DNA of 64,000 nucleotides from an uncultured Verrucomicrobiae bacterium (GTDB taxonomy: Bacteria > Verrucomicrobiota > Verrucomicrobiia > Chthoniobacterales > JAATET01): contig CAVRCI010000001.1 in the NCBI GenBank assembly GCA_963719495.1, positions 354,864 through 418,863 on the forward strand, read 5' to 3'. This document shows, piece after piece, positions 28,242-37,301 of this stretch (positions are counted from its first letter, which is position 1; each line of letters begins with the position of its first letter). The notes beneath the pieces were generated by a model that did not search any database, was not told where the DNA came from, and saw only the letters and a list, made by a program, of their open reading frames with translations. A program made the translations under genes and the position numbers.

Positions 28242-29543
28242 CTACTCCTCGGGCTTGATCCGCTCGAAATACCGCCGCACGAGCTCGCGCGATCCATACG
28301 GCAAATCCTCGCGCGTCACCGCGTCCTCCGCCGCCCGCGCCGCCGCGTCGTAGGCCTCGCGGTAAGCCGCGTTCGCCCGCCCCGGTCCGTCCACCGACAC
28401 CGTCCCAACGGTCACCGCCGCCCCCTCGCCGCCGTCCAGTCCCGCCTGATCGTCAAGCCCGCTCACCGCCACATCCGTCCGTTCCCCGAAGAGTTCACCG
28501 CCCCCGCCCGCGTTCTCACCCGGTCCGCCACCTGGCTCGTCACTGGCCATTTTCCCCGCCTCGGCCGACTCCTCACCCGACCCCATCTCCCCCGCCAACT
28601 TCGCCAATTCTCCGCCGCCTTCGCCGCGCTCCCCCTCGCCCGCTCCCGGTCGCTGCTCGCCCGACCGCACCGCCCGCTTCATCTCTTCCAACCGCGAAGC
28701 CATCGCCGCCAACTCCGCTTCCGAAAGCTGCCGGGTGTCCCCCGTCGCCGACGCCTCGCTGCTCGCCAAGTCCGTCGCTGCCGGCGGCGCCGAATCCCGC
28801 GTCGCTCCCGCGTCCGCCGACCGCCCCGCGTCGCCACCATCCCGACCGGCGGCCCGTTCACCGCGCAGTCGTTCGACGTCCGCCGCCGCCGCCACCAGCG
28901 CCCGCAACGCATCCTCCCGCGGGGCGTCCGCCAACCGCTCGCGCAGAGCTTCGGCCCGCTCCTCGAGCTCCCGCCCGGTTTGGGTCAACGACTCCTCGCC
29001 CCCCTCCGAAACGACCGCCGCGGCTTCGTCCAACACCTCCGCCGCGGCCATCCGCTCGGCGGCACTCGTCCCGGCCCGCTCCCGATACCCGAGCGCCATC
29101 CCGAGCGCGACCACCACCGGAATCATCGCCCAACCCACCCACCGCCCCCAACGCCACCGCACCACCGTGGCCGCCGGCCACCGCGACCCGAGCGCCAACG
29201 CATCCTCCAACACCAGCTCCCCCCACCCGTCCCGCCCCAGCCGAGCCGCCGTCACCAGCCGTTCCGCCCCGCCAGCCACCGTGTCACCCCGCCCCGCCGC
29301 CGCCACCAAACCCACACCACTTCCCACGACAGCCCCCAGCCCGACCAAAACCCAGATCCCCCCAGCCAGCGCCAGAATTTCCCCCGAAAATGGCGGCGCG
29401 CCCCCCGCCATCCGCACCGCCCCCAGCACCAACAAGCCACCAGCCACCAGCCACCCTCCAGCCATCACCCGCCGACCCACGGCAGCCGCCCGCATCCGCC
29501 AGGCGATCGCTCGCAAATACCCCGCCAACCGCGCGTCCATCAC
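28242..29543 (-). CDS. Hypothetical membrane protein with a coiled-coil/Gly-rich C-terminus, MoxR-associated
   Basis: About three TM segments, ERLVTA, C-terminal EDLPYGSRELVRRYF; overlaps neighbour by 4 bp. Confidence 0.7.
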   Translation of the reverse strand: MMDARLAGYLRAIAWRMRAAAVGRRVMAGGWLVAGGLLVLGAVRMAGGAPPFSGEILALAGGIWVLVGLGAVVGSGVGLVAAAGRGDTVAGGAERLVTAARLGRDGWGELVLEDALALGSRWPAATVVRWRWGRWVGWAMIPVVVALGMALGYRERAGTSAAERMAAAEVLDEAAAVVSEGGEESLTQTGRELEERAEALRERLADAPREDALRALVAAAADVERLRGERAAGRDGGDAGRSADAGATRDSAPPAATDLASSEASATGDTRQLSEAELAAMASRLEEMKRAVRSGEQRPGAGEGERGEGGGELAKLAGEMGSGEESAEAGKMASDEPGGGPGENAGGGGELFGERTDVAVSGLDDQAGLDGGEGAAVTVGTVSVDGPGRANAAYREAYDAAARAAEDAVTREDLPYGSRELVRRYFERIKPEE

Positions 29544-30346
29544 GCCACCTCCACCACGAGCGCCGTCGTGTTATCCCGCCCCGACCGTTCGACCGCCGCC
29601 GCGACGAGACGACCCGCCGCCCCCGCCACCTCCCCGTCCCGGGCGATCTCCCCCAGCCGCCCATCGAACAACCCATCCACCACGCCGTCCGAGCAGATCA
29701 CGAACCGGTCCCCCACTTCGCACCCCACCGCGCCCACCTGCGGATCCACGTAGCGATGACCCGCCCCCAGCGCCTTCTGCAGCACGTTCTTGCGAGGATG
29801 ACTCCGAGCCTCCCGTTCGTTCATCTGCCCATTCCGCAGCAGCCACCCCACGTGCGTATCGTCCGCCGTCACCTGCCGCAGCCCGCCCGCCGCTGGTAGG
29901 TAGTAGATGCGACTATCCCCCACGTGCCCGTAATACATCCACCCCGGCGCGAACCAGCACAGACTCAACGTCGCCCCCATCCCCGCGCATTCCTCGTAAC
30001 TCGCCCCCAGGTAACTCAGCGCCCGATGCACCTCCTGAAAAAGCTCCGTCAACACGTCGCCGAAACCCGCGTCGATCCCCACCACACCCTGCCGAAACGA
30101 ACGCGGCAGCAACCGCGTGATCTTCTCGACCGCGATCCGGCTCGCGAATTCCCCCGCCATCGCGCCCCCCATCCCATCGCTCACCGCAAACACCGCGTCC
30201 ATCCGCGCCAAATCCATTGCCCCCACCTTCCCCAGACGCCACACCTCCCGCCCATCGAACTGCAACCCAAGAAACGCGTCCTCGTTGTTCGCCCGCACCC
30301 GCCCCCGATCCGACAACCCCGACCAAATCAACGAATCCCCACTCAT
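29540..30346 (-). CDS. PP2C-family Ser/Thr phosphatase
   Basis: GRVRANNEDA, VSDGMGG, MGATLS, HVGDSRIY, CSDGV, GRDNTT. Confidence 0.95.
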   Translation of the reverse strand: MSGDSLIWSGLSDRGRVRANNEDAFLGLQFDGREVWRLGKVGAMDLARMDAVFAVSDGMGGAMAGEFASRIAVEKITRLLPRSFRQGVVGIDAGFGDVLTELFQEVHRALSYLGASYEECAGMGATLSLCWFAPGWMYYGHVGDSRIYYLPAAGGLRQVTADDTHVGWLLRNGQMNEREARSHPRKNVLQKALGAGHRYVDPQVGAVGCEVGDRFVICSDGVVDGLFDGRLGEIARDGEVAGAAGRLVAAAVERSGRDNTTALVVEVA

Positions 30347-30386
30347 AACCCAATCCGCAATCCGCAATCCGCAATCCACAATTCCC

Positions 30387-30833
30387 TCACTCCGACCCCC
30401 GCTCCGTGATGTCGCCCGGCCGCAACCCCACGGGCTCCCCGCCACCGATCGGCTCCAAAATCGTCGCAAACTCGAAGTCGATCAGACAAAACCGCCCCAG
30501 CTGCTGCGAATACGTCACGTTCCGCAGTTCCGCATCCTCGTGCCGCACCCCGTAAGTCTCCAACTCCGCGTAAAGCGCCAGCATCCGGTCCTCGTTCAAA
30601 TGATCCACCCGCGTGCCGCAGCTCGTCGTCACCATCGTCAGCGTCTCCCGGTCCGCGCTCACCAACCGCGGCACAAACCCGCACTCCCGCCCCTCCAAAA
30701 AACGCAGAACGCGCACCTCGTTCTCAAACCGCCGCACCCGACCCGACCCGCCAAACGTCTTCGTCACCCGCCCGTCGAATCCGATTCGCACCCGCGCCCG
30801 CAACGTATCCTTCACCTCCGTCATCACCGCCAT
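30387..30833 (-). CDS. Small protein-kinase-like protein
   Basis: VTK, RFENEVRVL, VPRL, HEDAELRN catalytic-loop-like motif and IDFEFA, in about 148 aa. Confidence 0.7.
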   Translation of the reverse strand: MAVMTEVKDTLRARVRIGFDGRVTKTFGGSGRVRRFENEVRVLRFLEGRECGFVPRLVSADRETLTMVTTSCGTRVDHLNEDRMLALYAELETYGVRHEDAELRNVTYSQQLGRFCLIDFEFATILEPIGGGEPVGLRPGDITERGSE

Positions 30834-30963
30834 CCTACACCGAGAGGAAAACAGGCTTCCAGCCTGTCGTTTCGCGCTTCCAGCCCGAAACCCTAACCAA
30901 ACCCGGCGAAGCCGCATTTCGCATCCAAGCAGCCACCACCCCGAACGCAACTCCTTCCCCAGC

Positions 30964-30978
30964 TGGCACTTTTCCTGC
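30964..30978 (+). promoter_or_regulatory. Putative sigma54 -24/-12 promoter of glutamine synthetase
   Basis: TGGCACTTTTCCTGC has exact GG-N10-GC spacing, about 90 bp upstream of the ATG. Confidence 0.65.
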
Positions 30979-31070
30979 TACCAGTGCGCGGTTCATCGCC
31001 AAACGGCGGTGAGAAACCAACCCTGAATCAAAAACGGTATCGGAAAACGGTAACCAAAACCTGAAATCAC

Positions 31071-32087
31071 ATGGCGAAGTATAAACTCGAATACATCTGG
31101 CTCGACGGCTACGAACCCGTCGCAAATCTCCGCGGCAAGACCCTCATCAAGGACTTCAAAACCGAGCCCACCCTCGACGATCTCCCCCTCTGGGGCTTCG
31201 ACGGCAGCTCGACGAAACAGGCCGAAGGCGGCAGCAGCGATTGCGTGCTCAAGCCCGTCGCGTGCTATCCCGACGCCGCCCGCAAGGACGGCATGCTCGT
31301 CATGTGCGAAGTCATGCTCCCGGACGGCAGCCCGCACCCATCGAACTCCCGAGCCACCATCATCGACGATCCCGACACCTGGTTCGGATTCGAGCAGGAA
31401 TACTTCCTCATGAAAGACGGCAAGCCCCTCGGCTTCCCGAAGGACGGCTACCCCGAGCCCCAGGGCATCTACTACACCGGAGTCGGCTACAGCGCCGTCG
31501 GCGACGTCGCCCGTGAGATCGTCGAGGAGCACCTCGACCTCTGCCTCGAAGCCGGCATCAACCACGAAGGCATCAACGCCGAGGTCGCCAAGGGTCAGTG
31601 GGAATTCCAGATCTTCGGCAAAGGCTCCAAGCAGGCCGCCGACGAGATGTGGATCGCCCGCTACATCCTCCAGCGCCTCTGCGAGAGCTACGGCATCGAC
31701 GTCGAGTATCATTGCAAGCCGCTCAAGGGCGACTGGAATGGCTCCGGCATGCACGCCAACTTCTCGACCGAATACCTGCGCGAGACCGGCGGCAAGCCCT
31801 ACTTCGAGTCCCTCATGGCCGCGTTCGAGAAAAATCTCAACGAGCACATCGCCGTCTACGGACCCGACAACCACCTGCGTCTCACCGGCCTCCACGAGAC
31901 CCAGTCCATCGACAAATTCAACTACGGCGTCGCCAACCGCGGTGCGTCCATCCGCATCCCGCACAGCTTCGTCAAAGACAACGCCTACAAGGGCTACCTC
32001 GAAGACCGTCGGCCGAACAGCGCCGGAGATCCCTACAAGATCGCCAGCCGCATTCTCCAGACGATCGCCGAAGTCCCCAAGCCGTAA
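31071..32087 (+). CDS. glnII: Glutamine synthetase type II
   Basis: LEYIWLDG, WGFDGSST, FGFEQEY, GINAEV..GQWEFQ, DWNGSGMHANFST, RLTGLHET, YLEDRRP; 338 aa. Confidence 0.95.
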   Translation: MAKYKLEYIWLDGYEPVANLRGKTLIKDFKTEPTLDDLPLWGFDGSSTKQAEGGSSDCVLKPVACYPDAARKDGMLVMCEVMLPDGSPHPSNSRATIIDDPDTWFGFEQEYFLMKDGKPLGFPKDGYPEPQGIYYTGVGYSAVGDVAREIVEEHLDLCLEAGINHEGINAEVAKGQWEFQIFGKGSKQAADEMWIARYILQRLCESYGIDVEYHCKPLKGDWNGSGMHANFSTEYLRETGGKPYFESLMAAFEKNLNEHIAVYGPDNHLRLTGLHETQSIDKFNYGVANRGASIRIPHSFVKDNAYKGYLEDRRPNSAGDPYKIASRILQTIAEVPKP

Positions 32088-32116
32088 ACAACGGTAGCGA
32101 CTCAAAAACCAAAACG

Positions 32117-32150
32117 ACGCCGCCCAGCGAAAGCCGGGCGGCGTTTTTTT
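32117..32150 (+). terminator. Rho-independent terminator
   Basis: ACGCCGCCC-AGCGAAAGCC-GGGCGGCGT followed by a T-run, downstream of glnII. Confidence 0.85.
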
Positions 32151-32184
32151 GTCAAAGTAGCGCAAGCTTCCAGCTTGCAAGCCC

Positions 32185-33150
32185 CTACGAACTCACCCGC
32201 CGACCAAACCCGTAAGACCCAAAATTCACGAACACCTCACACCGCCCCTCCGCCTCCCGCATCACCCCATCGAAGAGTTCCCCACCCGGCGCGCCGTCGA
32301 CTTCCAAAAAGAACATCACCTGATCCGTCCGCCCCGGAAACGGACGTGAAATGATCCGGTTCACGTTCACCCCCGCAGTCGCGAACGGCTCGAGAAAGCG
32401 GTAAAGACTCCCCGACTCGTTCCCAAAAGAAACCGCCAGCGCCGTCCGAGCATCCCCCTCACCCGCACCCATCGCCGCGTTCCCGAGCACGAAAAAGTGC
32501 GTCACGTTCCCCGCCCCCTCCAGCACCGGGCAACGTAGGACATCGAGCCCATAGATCTCCGCCGCCCCCGGAGCCGAAAGCGCCGCCGACCCCGCCTTGG
32601 CAGCCGCCATCTCCGCCGCCAAAGCCGTGCTGGCCACCGGCACCACCTCCGCGTCCGGCAGATTCTCGCGAAACCAATCCCGGTGATTGTGCAACTGCAC
32701 GAAGTGCGAATAAACCCGCTCGATCACCTCGTCACGCCGCCCGATGAGCGCCATCCGCACGTCCAGCGAGATCGATTCCGTCACAAAAACCCGCCCCGCC
32801 AGTTCGATCAGCAGATCCACGGTCCCATAAATTGTCCCACCCGAAGTATTCTCCACCGGCACCAAAGCCCGATTCCCCGCAGCCTCGCCCAGAAATTCCA
32901 CCACGCTCGCAAGGTCCGCCCGCGGCACTAGCTCCAAGCCATCCCCAAACCGCTCCCTCGCGACGATGTGCGAAAAAGTCCCCACGGGCCCCAAATAAGC
33001 CAAGCGCGAAGCGCGCTGGGGACCGCGACCTTCCAGGTCGCCGTGCCCGGGTTGCCTTCGGCGGTCTCCGCTTCGCTCCGGCTCCAGCCGGGCACCCGTT
33101 CCCAACCGCGAAGCGGCACTCCCCTCACCATCACCCACCCCCCCCGCCAT
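32185..33150 (-). CDS. pheA: Prephenate dehydratase (start uncertain)
   Basis: AYLGPVGTFS, VPVENT..G, STALAA, NVTHF, ACT domain (GSLY, IISRP, FFLE). Confidence 0.88.
   Translation of the reverse strand: MAGGVGDGEGSAASRLGTGARLEPERSGDRRRQPGHGDLEGRGPQRASRLAYLGPVGTFSHIVARERFGDGLELVPRADLASVVEFLGEAAGNRALVPVENTSGGTIYGTVDLLIELAGRVFVTESISLDVRMALIGRRDEVIERVYSHFVQLHNHRDWFRENLPDAEVVPVASTALAAEMAAAKAGSAALSAPGAAEIYGLDVLRCPVLEGAGNVTHFFVLGNAAMGAGEGDARTALAVSFGNESGSLYRFLEPFATAGVNVNRIISRPFPGRTDQVMFFLEVDGAPGGELFDGVMREAEGRCEVFVNFGSYGFGRRVSS
33016..33090 (+). repeat. TTCCA-loop REP-like hairpin plus 44-bp dispersed repeat copy 2
   Basis: CTGGGGACCGCGACCTTCCAGGTCGCC, then 33047-33090 matching 6600-6643. Confidence 0.88.
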
Positions 33151-34736
33151 CACAAAAACGGCACCTCCGACAACTCCACTCCCTCATTCTTCCCGAGGAA
33201 GTAATCCACCGTCCAGGCACTCGGAAACAGCACGCAATCCTTCCCCGCCGGATCCAAAGCCGCCTTCGCCCCACTCGGCAAAGTCAGCGCCGGCAGCTCC
33301 CCACCATCCGCGGCCCGCACCCACCGCACCATCGACCAAGGCGCACTCTCCATCCGGCACCCCGCGCCGTATTCCCCCTCCAGCCGATACTGCAGCACCT
33401 CGAACTGAAGCGGCCCCACCGCCCCAAGCAACGACATCCGCTGCAAATTATCCGGCAGCTCGAACGCCTGCGCCACCCCCTCGCGAATCATCTGATCCAA
33501 CCCCTCCCGAAACCGCTTCCCCGTCGCCGTGCTCGTCGAATGCGCGTAGGCAAAACACTCCGGCGCAAACCGCGGCATCTCGCTGAACCGCACCGACTCG
33601 TCCTCCGAAAGCGTGTCCCCGATCTGAAAATCCTGATTCCCCACGATCCCCACCACGTCCCCCGCCCACGCGCTGTCCACCGTCTCGCGCTCCGCCGCAA
33701 AGAGGCGCTGCGAATTCGACAGCCGCACCGGCTTCCCCGTCCGCGGATGCGCCACCGTCATGTCCCGCTTGAACTCCCCCGACACGATCCGAATGAACGC
33801 CACCCGGTCCCGGTGCTTCGGGTTCATGTTCGCCTGAATTTTAAAGATGAAACCCGAGAACGCCTCGCCGCCCGGCAACACCTCCCCCCCCGCTTCCGTC
33901 ATCCGCGAAGCCGGCGGCGGAGCCAAAGCCAAAAACCGGTCCAGCAGCAACTGCACGCCAAAATTATTCGCCGCGCTCCCGAAAAAAACCGGCGTCAACC
34001 GCCCCGCCCGCACCTCCGCCAGATCGAACTCCGCGCCCGCCCCCTCCAGCAATTCCAGCTCCTCCCGAAACGCCGCGTAAACGTCCGGCGCCATCACCTC
34101 CTTCACCAGCGGATCGTCCACCCCGCCCACTTGCTCCGGCGCGCGAAACGCCCCCATCCGAGTCCGCTGAAAGAGATGCACCTCGCTCTCCTGCCGGTCG
34201 TAAACCCCGCGGAATTCCGGCCCACTCCCCAGCGGCCAGTTCAGCGGCAAGGCATAAATCCCCAATACTGTCTCCAACTCATCCAGCAGCTCCAGCGGAG
34301 GCCGCGAAGGCCGGTCCAATTTATTGAAAAACGTAAAAATCGGCACCCCACGCTGACGGCACACTTCAAAAAGTTTCCGAGTCTGCGATTCGATTCCCTT
34401 CGCCGCATCCACGACCATCACCGCCGCATCCACCGCCGTCAGCACGCGATAGGTGTCTTCGGAAAAATCCTGGTGCCCCGGAGTATCGAGCAGGTTGATG
34501 ACGCAGCCGCCGTATTCGAATTGGAGCACCGTCGAGCTCACCGAGATCCCCCGCTGACGTTCCAGCTCCATCCAGTCACTCGTCGTCGCCCGTTGATCCT
34601 TCCGTGCCGTCACGCTCCCGGCGAGTTGGACGGCGCCACCGTAGAGCAGGAACTTCTCGGTCAGCGTCGTCTTCCCAGCATCCGGGTGCGAAATGATGGC
34701 GAACGTCCGCCGCCGGGCAATCTCTCGGGTATCCAC
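33150..34736 (-). CDS. prfC: Peptide chain release factor 3
   Basis: RRRTFAIISHPDAGKTTLTEK, DTPGHQDFSEDTYR, FKIQANM, GAVGPLQFEV. Confidence 0.97.
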   Translation of the reverse strand: MDTREIARRRTFAIISHPDAGKTTLTEKFLLYGGAVQLAGSVTARKDQRATTSDWMELERQRGISVSSTVLQFEYGGCVINLLDTPGHQDFSEDTYRVLTAVDAAVMVVDAAKGIESQTRKLFEVCRQRGVPIFTFFNKLDRPSRPPLELLDELETVLGIYALPLNWPLGSGPEFRGVYDRQESEVHLFQRTRMGAFRAPEQVGGVDDPLVKEVMAPDVYAAFREELELLEGAGAEFDLAEVRAGRLTPVFFGSAANNFGVQLLLDRFLALAPPPASRMTEAGGEVLPGGEAFSGFIFKIQANMNPKHRDRVAFIRIVSGEFKRDMTVAHPRTGKPVRLSNSQRLFAAERETVDSAWAGDVVGIVGNQDFQIGDTLSEDESVRFSEMPRFAPECFAYAHSTSTATGKRFREGLDQMIREGVAQAFELPDNLQRMSLLGAVGPLQFEVLQYRLEGEYGAGCRMESAPWSMVRWVRAADGGELPALTLPSGAKAALDPAGKDCVLFPSAWTVDYFLGKNEGVELSEVPFL

Positions 34737-34853
34737 AGAACCGCGAAACCTACCGAAAAGAGACTCTCCCGAAAGCACTAATCAACAACCCCGTGGCATC
34801 GGCTTCCAGCCGGTCACCAACCCCCCATCCGGCCCCCGCCGGAAAAATCCCCC

Positions 34854-34946
34854 CACCCCCCGAACAACACCCCCAAGAACGCCGAGTCCGAAAACCCCCG
34901 CCCCGTCCCGACCCGCGCGATCACCAGCTTCCGCGAGGGCACCACG
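34854..34946 (-). repeat. Third, partial copy of the serine hydrolase 3' end
   Basis: Translates as VVPSRKLVIARVGTGRGFSDSAFLGVLFGG, matching 35936-36030. Confidence 0.85.
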
Positions 34947-34950
34947 CGCC

Positions 34951-35871
34951 TTAGAAAGCGCGCGACCCGACACGCCGGGTCCAAAGCCGTTCGCGTCTCC
35001 CGGTCGCCGGATTCCGTTGAAAGAGCGTCATTCGCGACCCCGAGCCCATCGTCGCGAACTTCGACGACCAGCGCTCACGAATTCGGATCCGGTGGGATTC
35101 CCGCCCATCTGATCCCCGGATCTTAACCCAGAGCGCGTTCGTGAACACTCGATTCGCCGTCCCACGCAATGTGATCAAGCGTTTCCCCACGTTCAAACCC
35201 GTCACGCGTGGCGCGTTGCGGAGGCAAAGCATCTTGGCAACCCACCGGCAATCGTTCAGATCCTGGAGCGTCAATCGATCCAGATCCGTCATCCGCGATC
35301 TCATAATGGTGGGTTCCGCGTCATCAACCGGGTGGCTCAGCCCAAGCAAATGACCGATCTCGTGGAGAACGACCCGATGCAGATCGGGCAACCGCGCCCC
35401 GTCCGTTCGATACTTTAGCGGCCCATCGTAGACCGCCCATTCGTGCTCTGGATTGAAGATGAGATCGGCTTCCCGGAAATTTCCGTTTGGTGCCCGATCC
35501 ACCGAGGCAAAGCCGTATTGCGCCCCGAAAGTCTGGGTCGGCGTGATGGTCTTCGAGAAGTAGATCGCACTAACCCCGTCTCCGAGTGACCGACGGGTTT
35601 CTGTCGGCTGCGGTGCCGCGGGAACGAGGCGAAGCAGATTCAGATTCAGCGCAGCATTCCACTCGTCGACCGCACGGAGCATCGCGGTGAACACCTCGGT
35701 CCCGTTCAGAAACCCGCTCACATCCGCTTCCAGAGTCACGACCCCGTCCGTCCACGCCGTGCCATCGTAATTCTTCACTTCAGCCCCAGCGAACGCGATG
35801 CTCGGAAGCGCGATGGCGGCACTTTTGACAACCAACCGAATTCGGCGGGATAGGCGAAATCGATGGATCAT
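34951..35871 (-). CDS. Matrixin-like (M10) zinc metalloprotease, probably secreted
   Basis: HEIGHLLGLSH with downstream Met-turn (TIM), EADLIFN, N-terminal signal-like segment. Confidence 0.85.
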   Translation of the reverse strand: MIHRFRLSRRIRLVVKSAAIALPSIAFAGAEVKNYDGTAWTDGVVTLEADVSGFLNGTEVFTAMLRAVDEWNAALNLNLLRLVPAAPQPTETRRSLGDGVSAIYFSKTITPTQTFGAQYGFASVDRAPNGNFREADLIFNPEHEWAVYDGPLKYRTDGARLPDLHRVVLHEIGHLLGLSHPVDDAEPTIMRSRMTDLDRLTLQDLNDCRWVAKMLCLRNAPRVTGLNVGKRLITLRGTANRVFTNALWVKIRGSDGRESHRIRIRERWSSKFATMGSGSRMTLFQRNPATGRRERLWTRRVGSRAF

Positions 35872-35935
35872 GGCCGCAGCCTTAGTGCATGGCGCACCGA
35901 TTGCAAAGCCTCCGTCGCCATTAGCAATGATCCCC

Positions 35936-36133
35936 TCACCCCCCGAACAACGCTCCCAAAAACGCCGCGTCCGAAAACCCCCGCCCCGTCCCGAACCGCA
36001 CGATCACCAGTTTCCGCGACGGCACCACGTAGCACCGCAATCCGCCCGACCCGATCATCGCGATCAGATCCGACGGCGCGACCGCGGACAGAGAAGACCG
36101 CCCCCACCGCTCCGGCGACCATTCCTCCCCCAA
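35936..36133 (-). repeat. Second copy of the serine hydrolase 3' end (about 65 codons with its own stop)
   Basis: LGEEWSPERWGRSSLSAVAPSDLIAMIGSGGLRCYVVPSRKLVIVRFG...LFGG* matches the gene copy at about 36170-36363. Confidence 0.92.
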
Positions 36134-36156
36134 CACCACCAGAGGGGTCAGTCCGT

Positions 36157-37269
36157 TCATTGGTTCACTTTTCGAAACACCGCCCCCAAAAATCCCGCAT
36201 CTGAAAACCCCCGCCCCGTCCCAAATCGCACGATCACCAGTTTGCTCGAAGGCACCACGTAGCAGCGCAGCCCCCCCGATCCGATCATTGCGATCAAATC
36301 CGACGGCGCGACGGCGGACAGCGACGACCGCCGCCACCGCTCCGCCGACCATTCCTCCCCCAGCGTGCCCTCGACCGAGATCGGCTCCGCCCCCGCCCGC
36401 CGCGCGTTCCGGTTCAGCCAGAACGAAAGCCCATACATCGAGTTCGCCGCCGTCCCCTCACGCGACCGATTGAAATCCGCCTCCGGGATCACCGGCCAGA
36501 TCCAAGCCCGCCCCCGCGTCCGCACCAACTCCCCGAACTTCGCCAAATCCCTCGCCGTCATTTTCGCCCCCGTTGAATAGAAAGGCGTCCCCGTCCGGTC
36601 CGTATCCCAATCCGCGTAAGTCGCCCCGATCGGTCGCAAGACCTTGGAGAAAATGAACTCCAACGGCGTCACTCCCCTCCCCGCCAATTTCCGCCGCAGC
36701 ACTTCCCCAAAAAGCTCGAAGTTCCCCGGCCCGTAGTCAAAAACCTCGCCCGGCCCGGCGACCAACCGCAGCGCCAGCGCGGCCCGCGTCTTATCCCGCA
36801 CCCCCCGCCCATAAATCACCGAATTCCCCGGAGCCAACCCCGAAGTTTGATCCAGCAACATCCGCAAAGTCACCCCGCCCATCGCGTCGACACCCACCGG
36901 CTCGTCCAAATCCAGCACCCCCTCCGCCTCCGCCGCAAATCCCGCCACCGCGACGAGGTTCTTGGTCACACTCATCACCCAAACCGCCCGATCAACACCC
37001 CCACCCCCAGCATACCGCTCGAAAACCACCCGCCCCTTGTCCAGCACAACCAAAGCTGTCCCACCTTCCCGAGCCGAATAGTCCCAACCGGCCTCAAAGT
37101 CCGCCGACCAAGCAAGGGCCGCCCAAAAAAGCAACCCAGCGACCCACCCAGCGACCACCCACCCGGGGGACCGCACGCGTCCCCGCGTGCGAGCCGCGGC
37201 GTCCCGCCGCGGCTTAGGCAACCTTCGCGCAGCGAAGGAGCCGACCGCCCTCCACCAGTCACCAGTCAC
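36157..37269 (-). CDS. Serine hydrolase, beta-lactamase (AmpC-like) family; true start probably about 100 bp further into the ORF
   Basis: SVTK catalytic motif, TLRMLLDQTSGL, PGEVFDY, MTARDLAKFG, YGLSFWLN. Confidence 0.9.
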   Translation of the reverse strand: MTGDWWRAVGSFAARRLPKPRRDAAARTRGRVRSPGWVVAGWVAGLLFWAALAWSADFEAGWDYSAREGGTALVVLDKGRVVFERYAGGGGVDRAVWVMSVTKNLVAVAGFAAEAEGVLDLDEPVGVDAMGGVTLRMLLDQTSGLAPGNSVIYGRGVRDKTRAALALRLVAGPGEVFDYGPGNFELFGEVLRRKLAGRGVTPLEFIFSKVLRPIGATYADWDTDRTGTPFYSTGAKMTARDLAKFGELVRTRGRAWIWPVIPEADFNRSREGTAANSMYGLSFWLNRNARRAGAEPISVEGTLGEEWSAERWRRSSLSAVAPSDLIAMIGSGGLRCYVVPSSKLVIVRFGTGRGFSDAGFLGAVFRKVNQ

Positions 37270-37301
37270 GAGTCACCAATCACGCGAGCCAAGCGAGCCC
37301 C

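Noticed and set aside
34854..36363. Diversity-generating retroelement TR/VR pair
   Set aside because: The differences are largely synonymous and not confined to adenines, and no reverse transcriptase is present.
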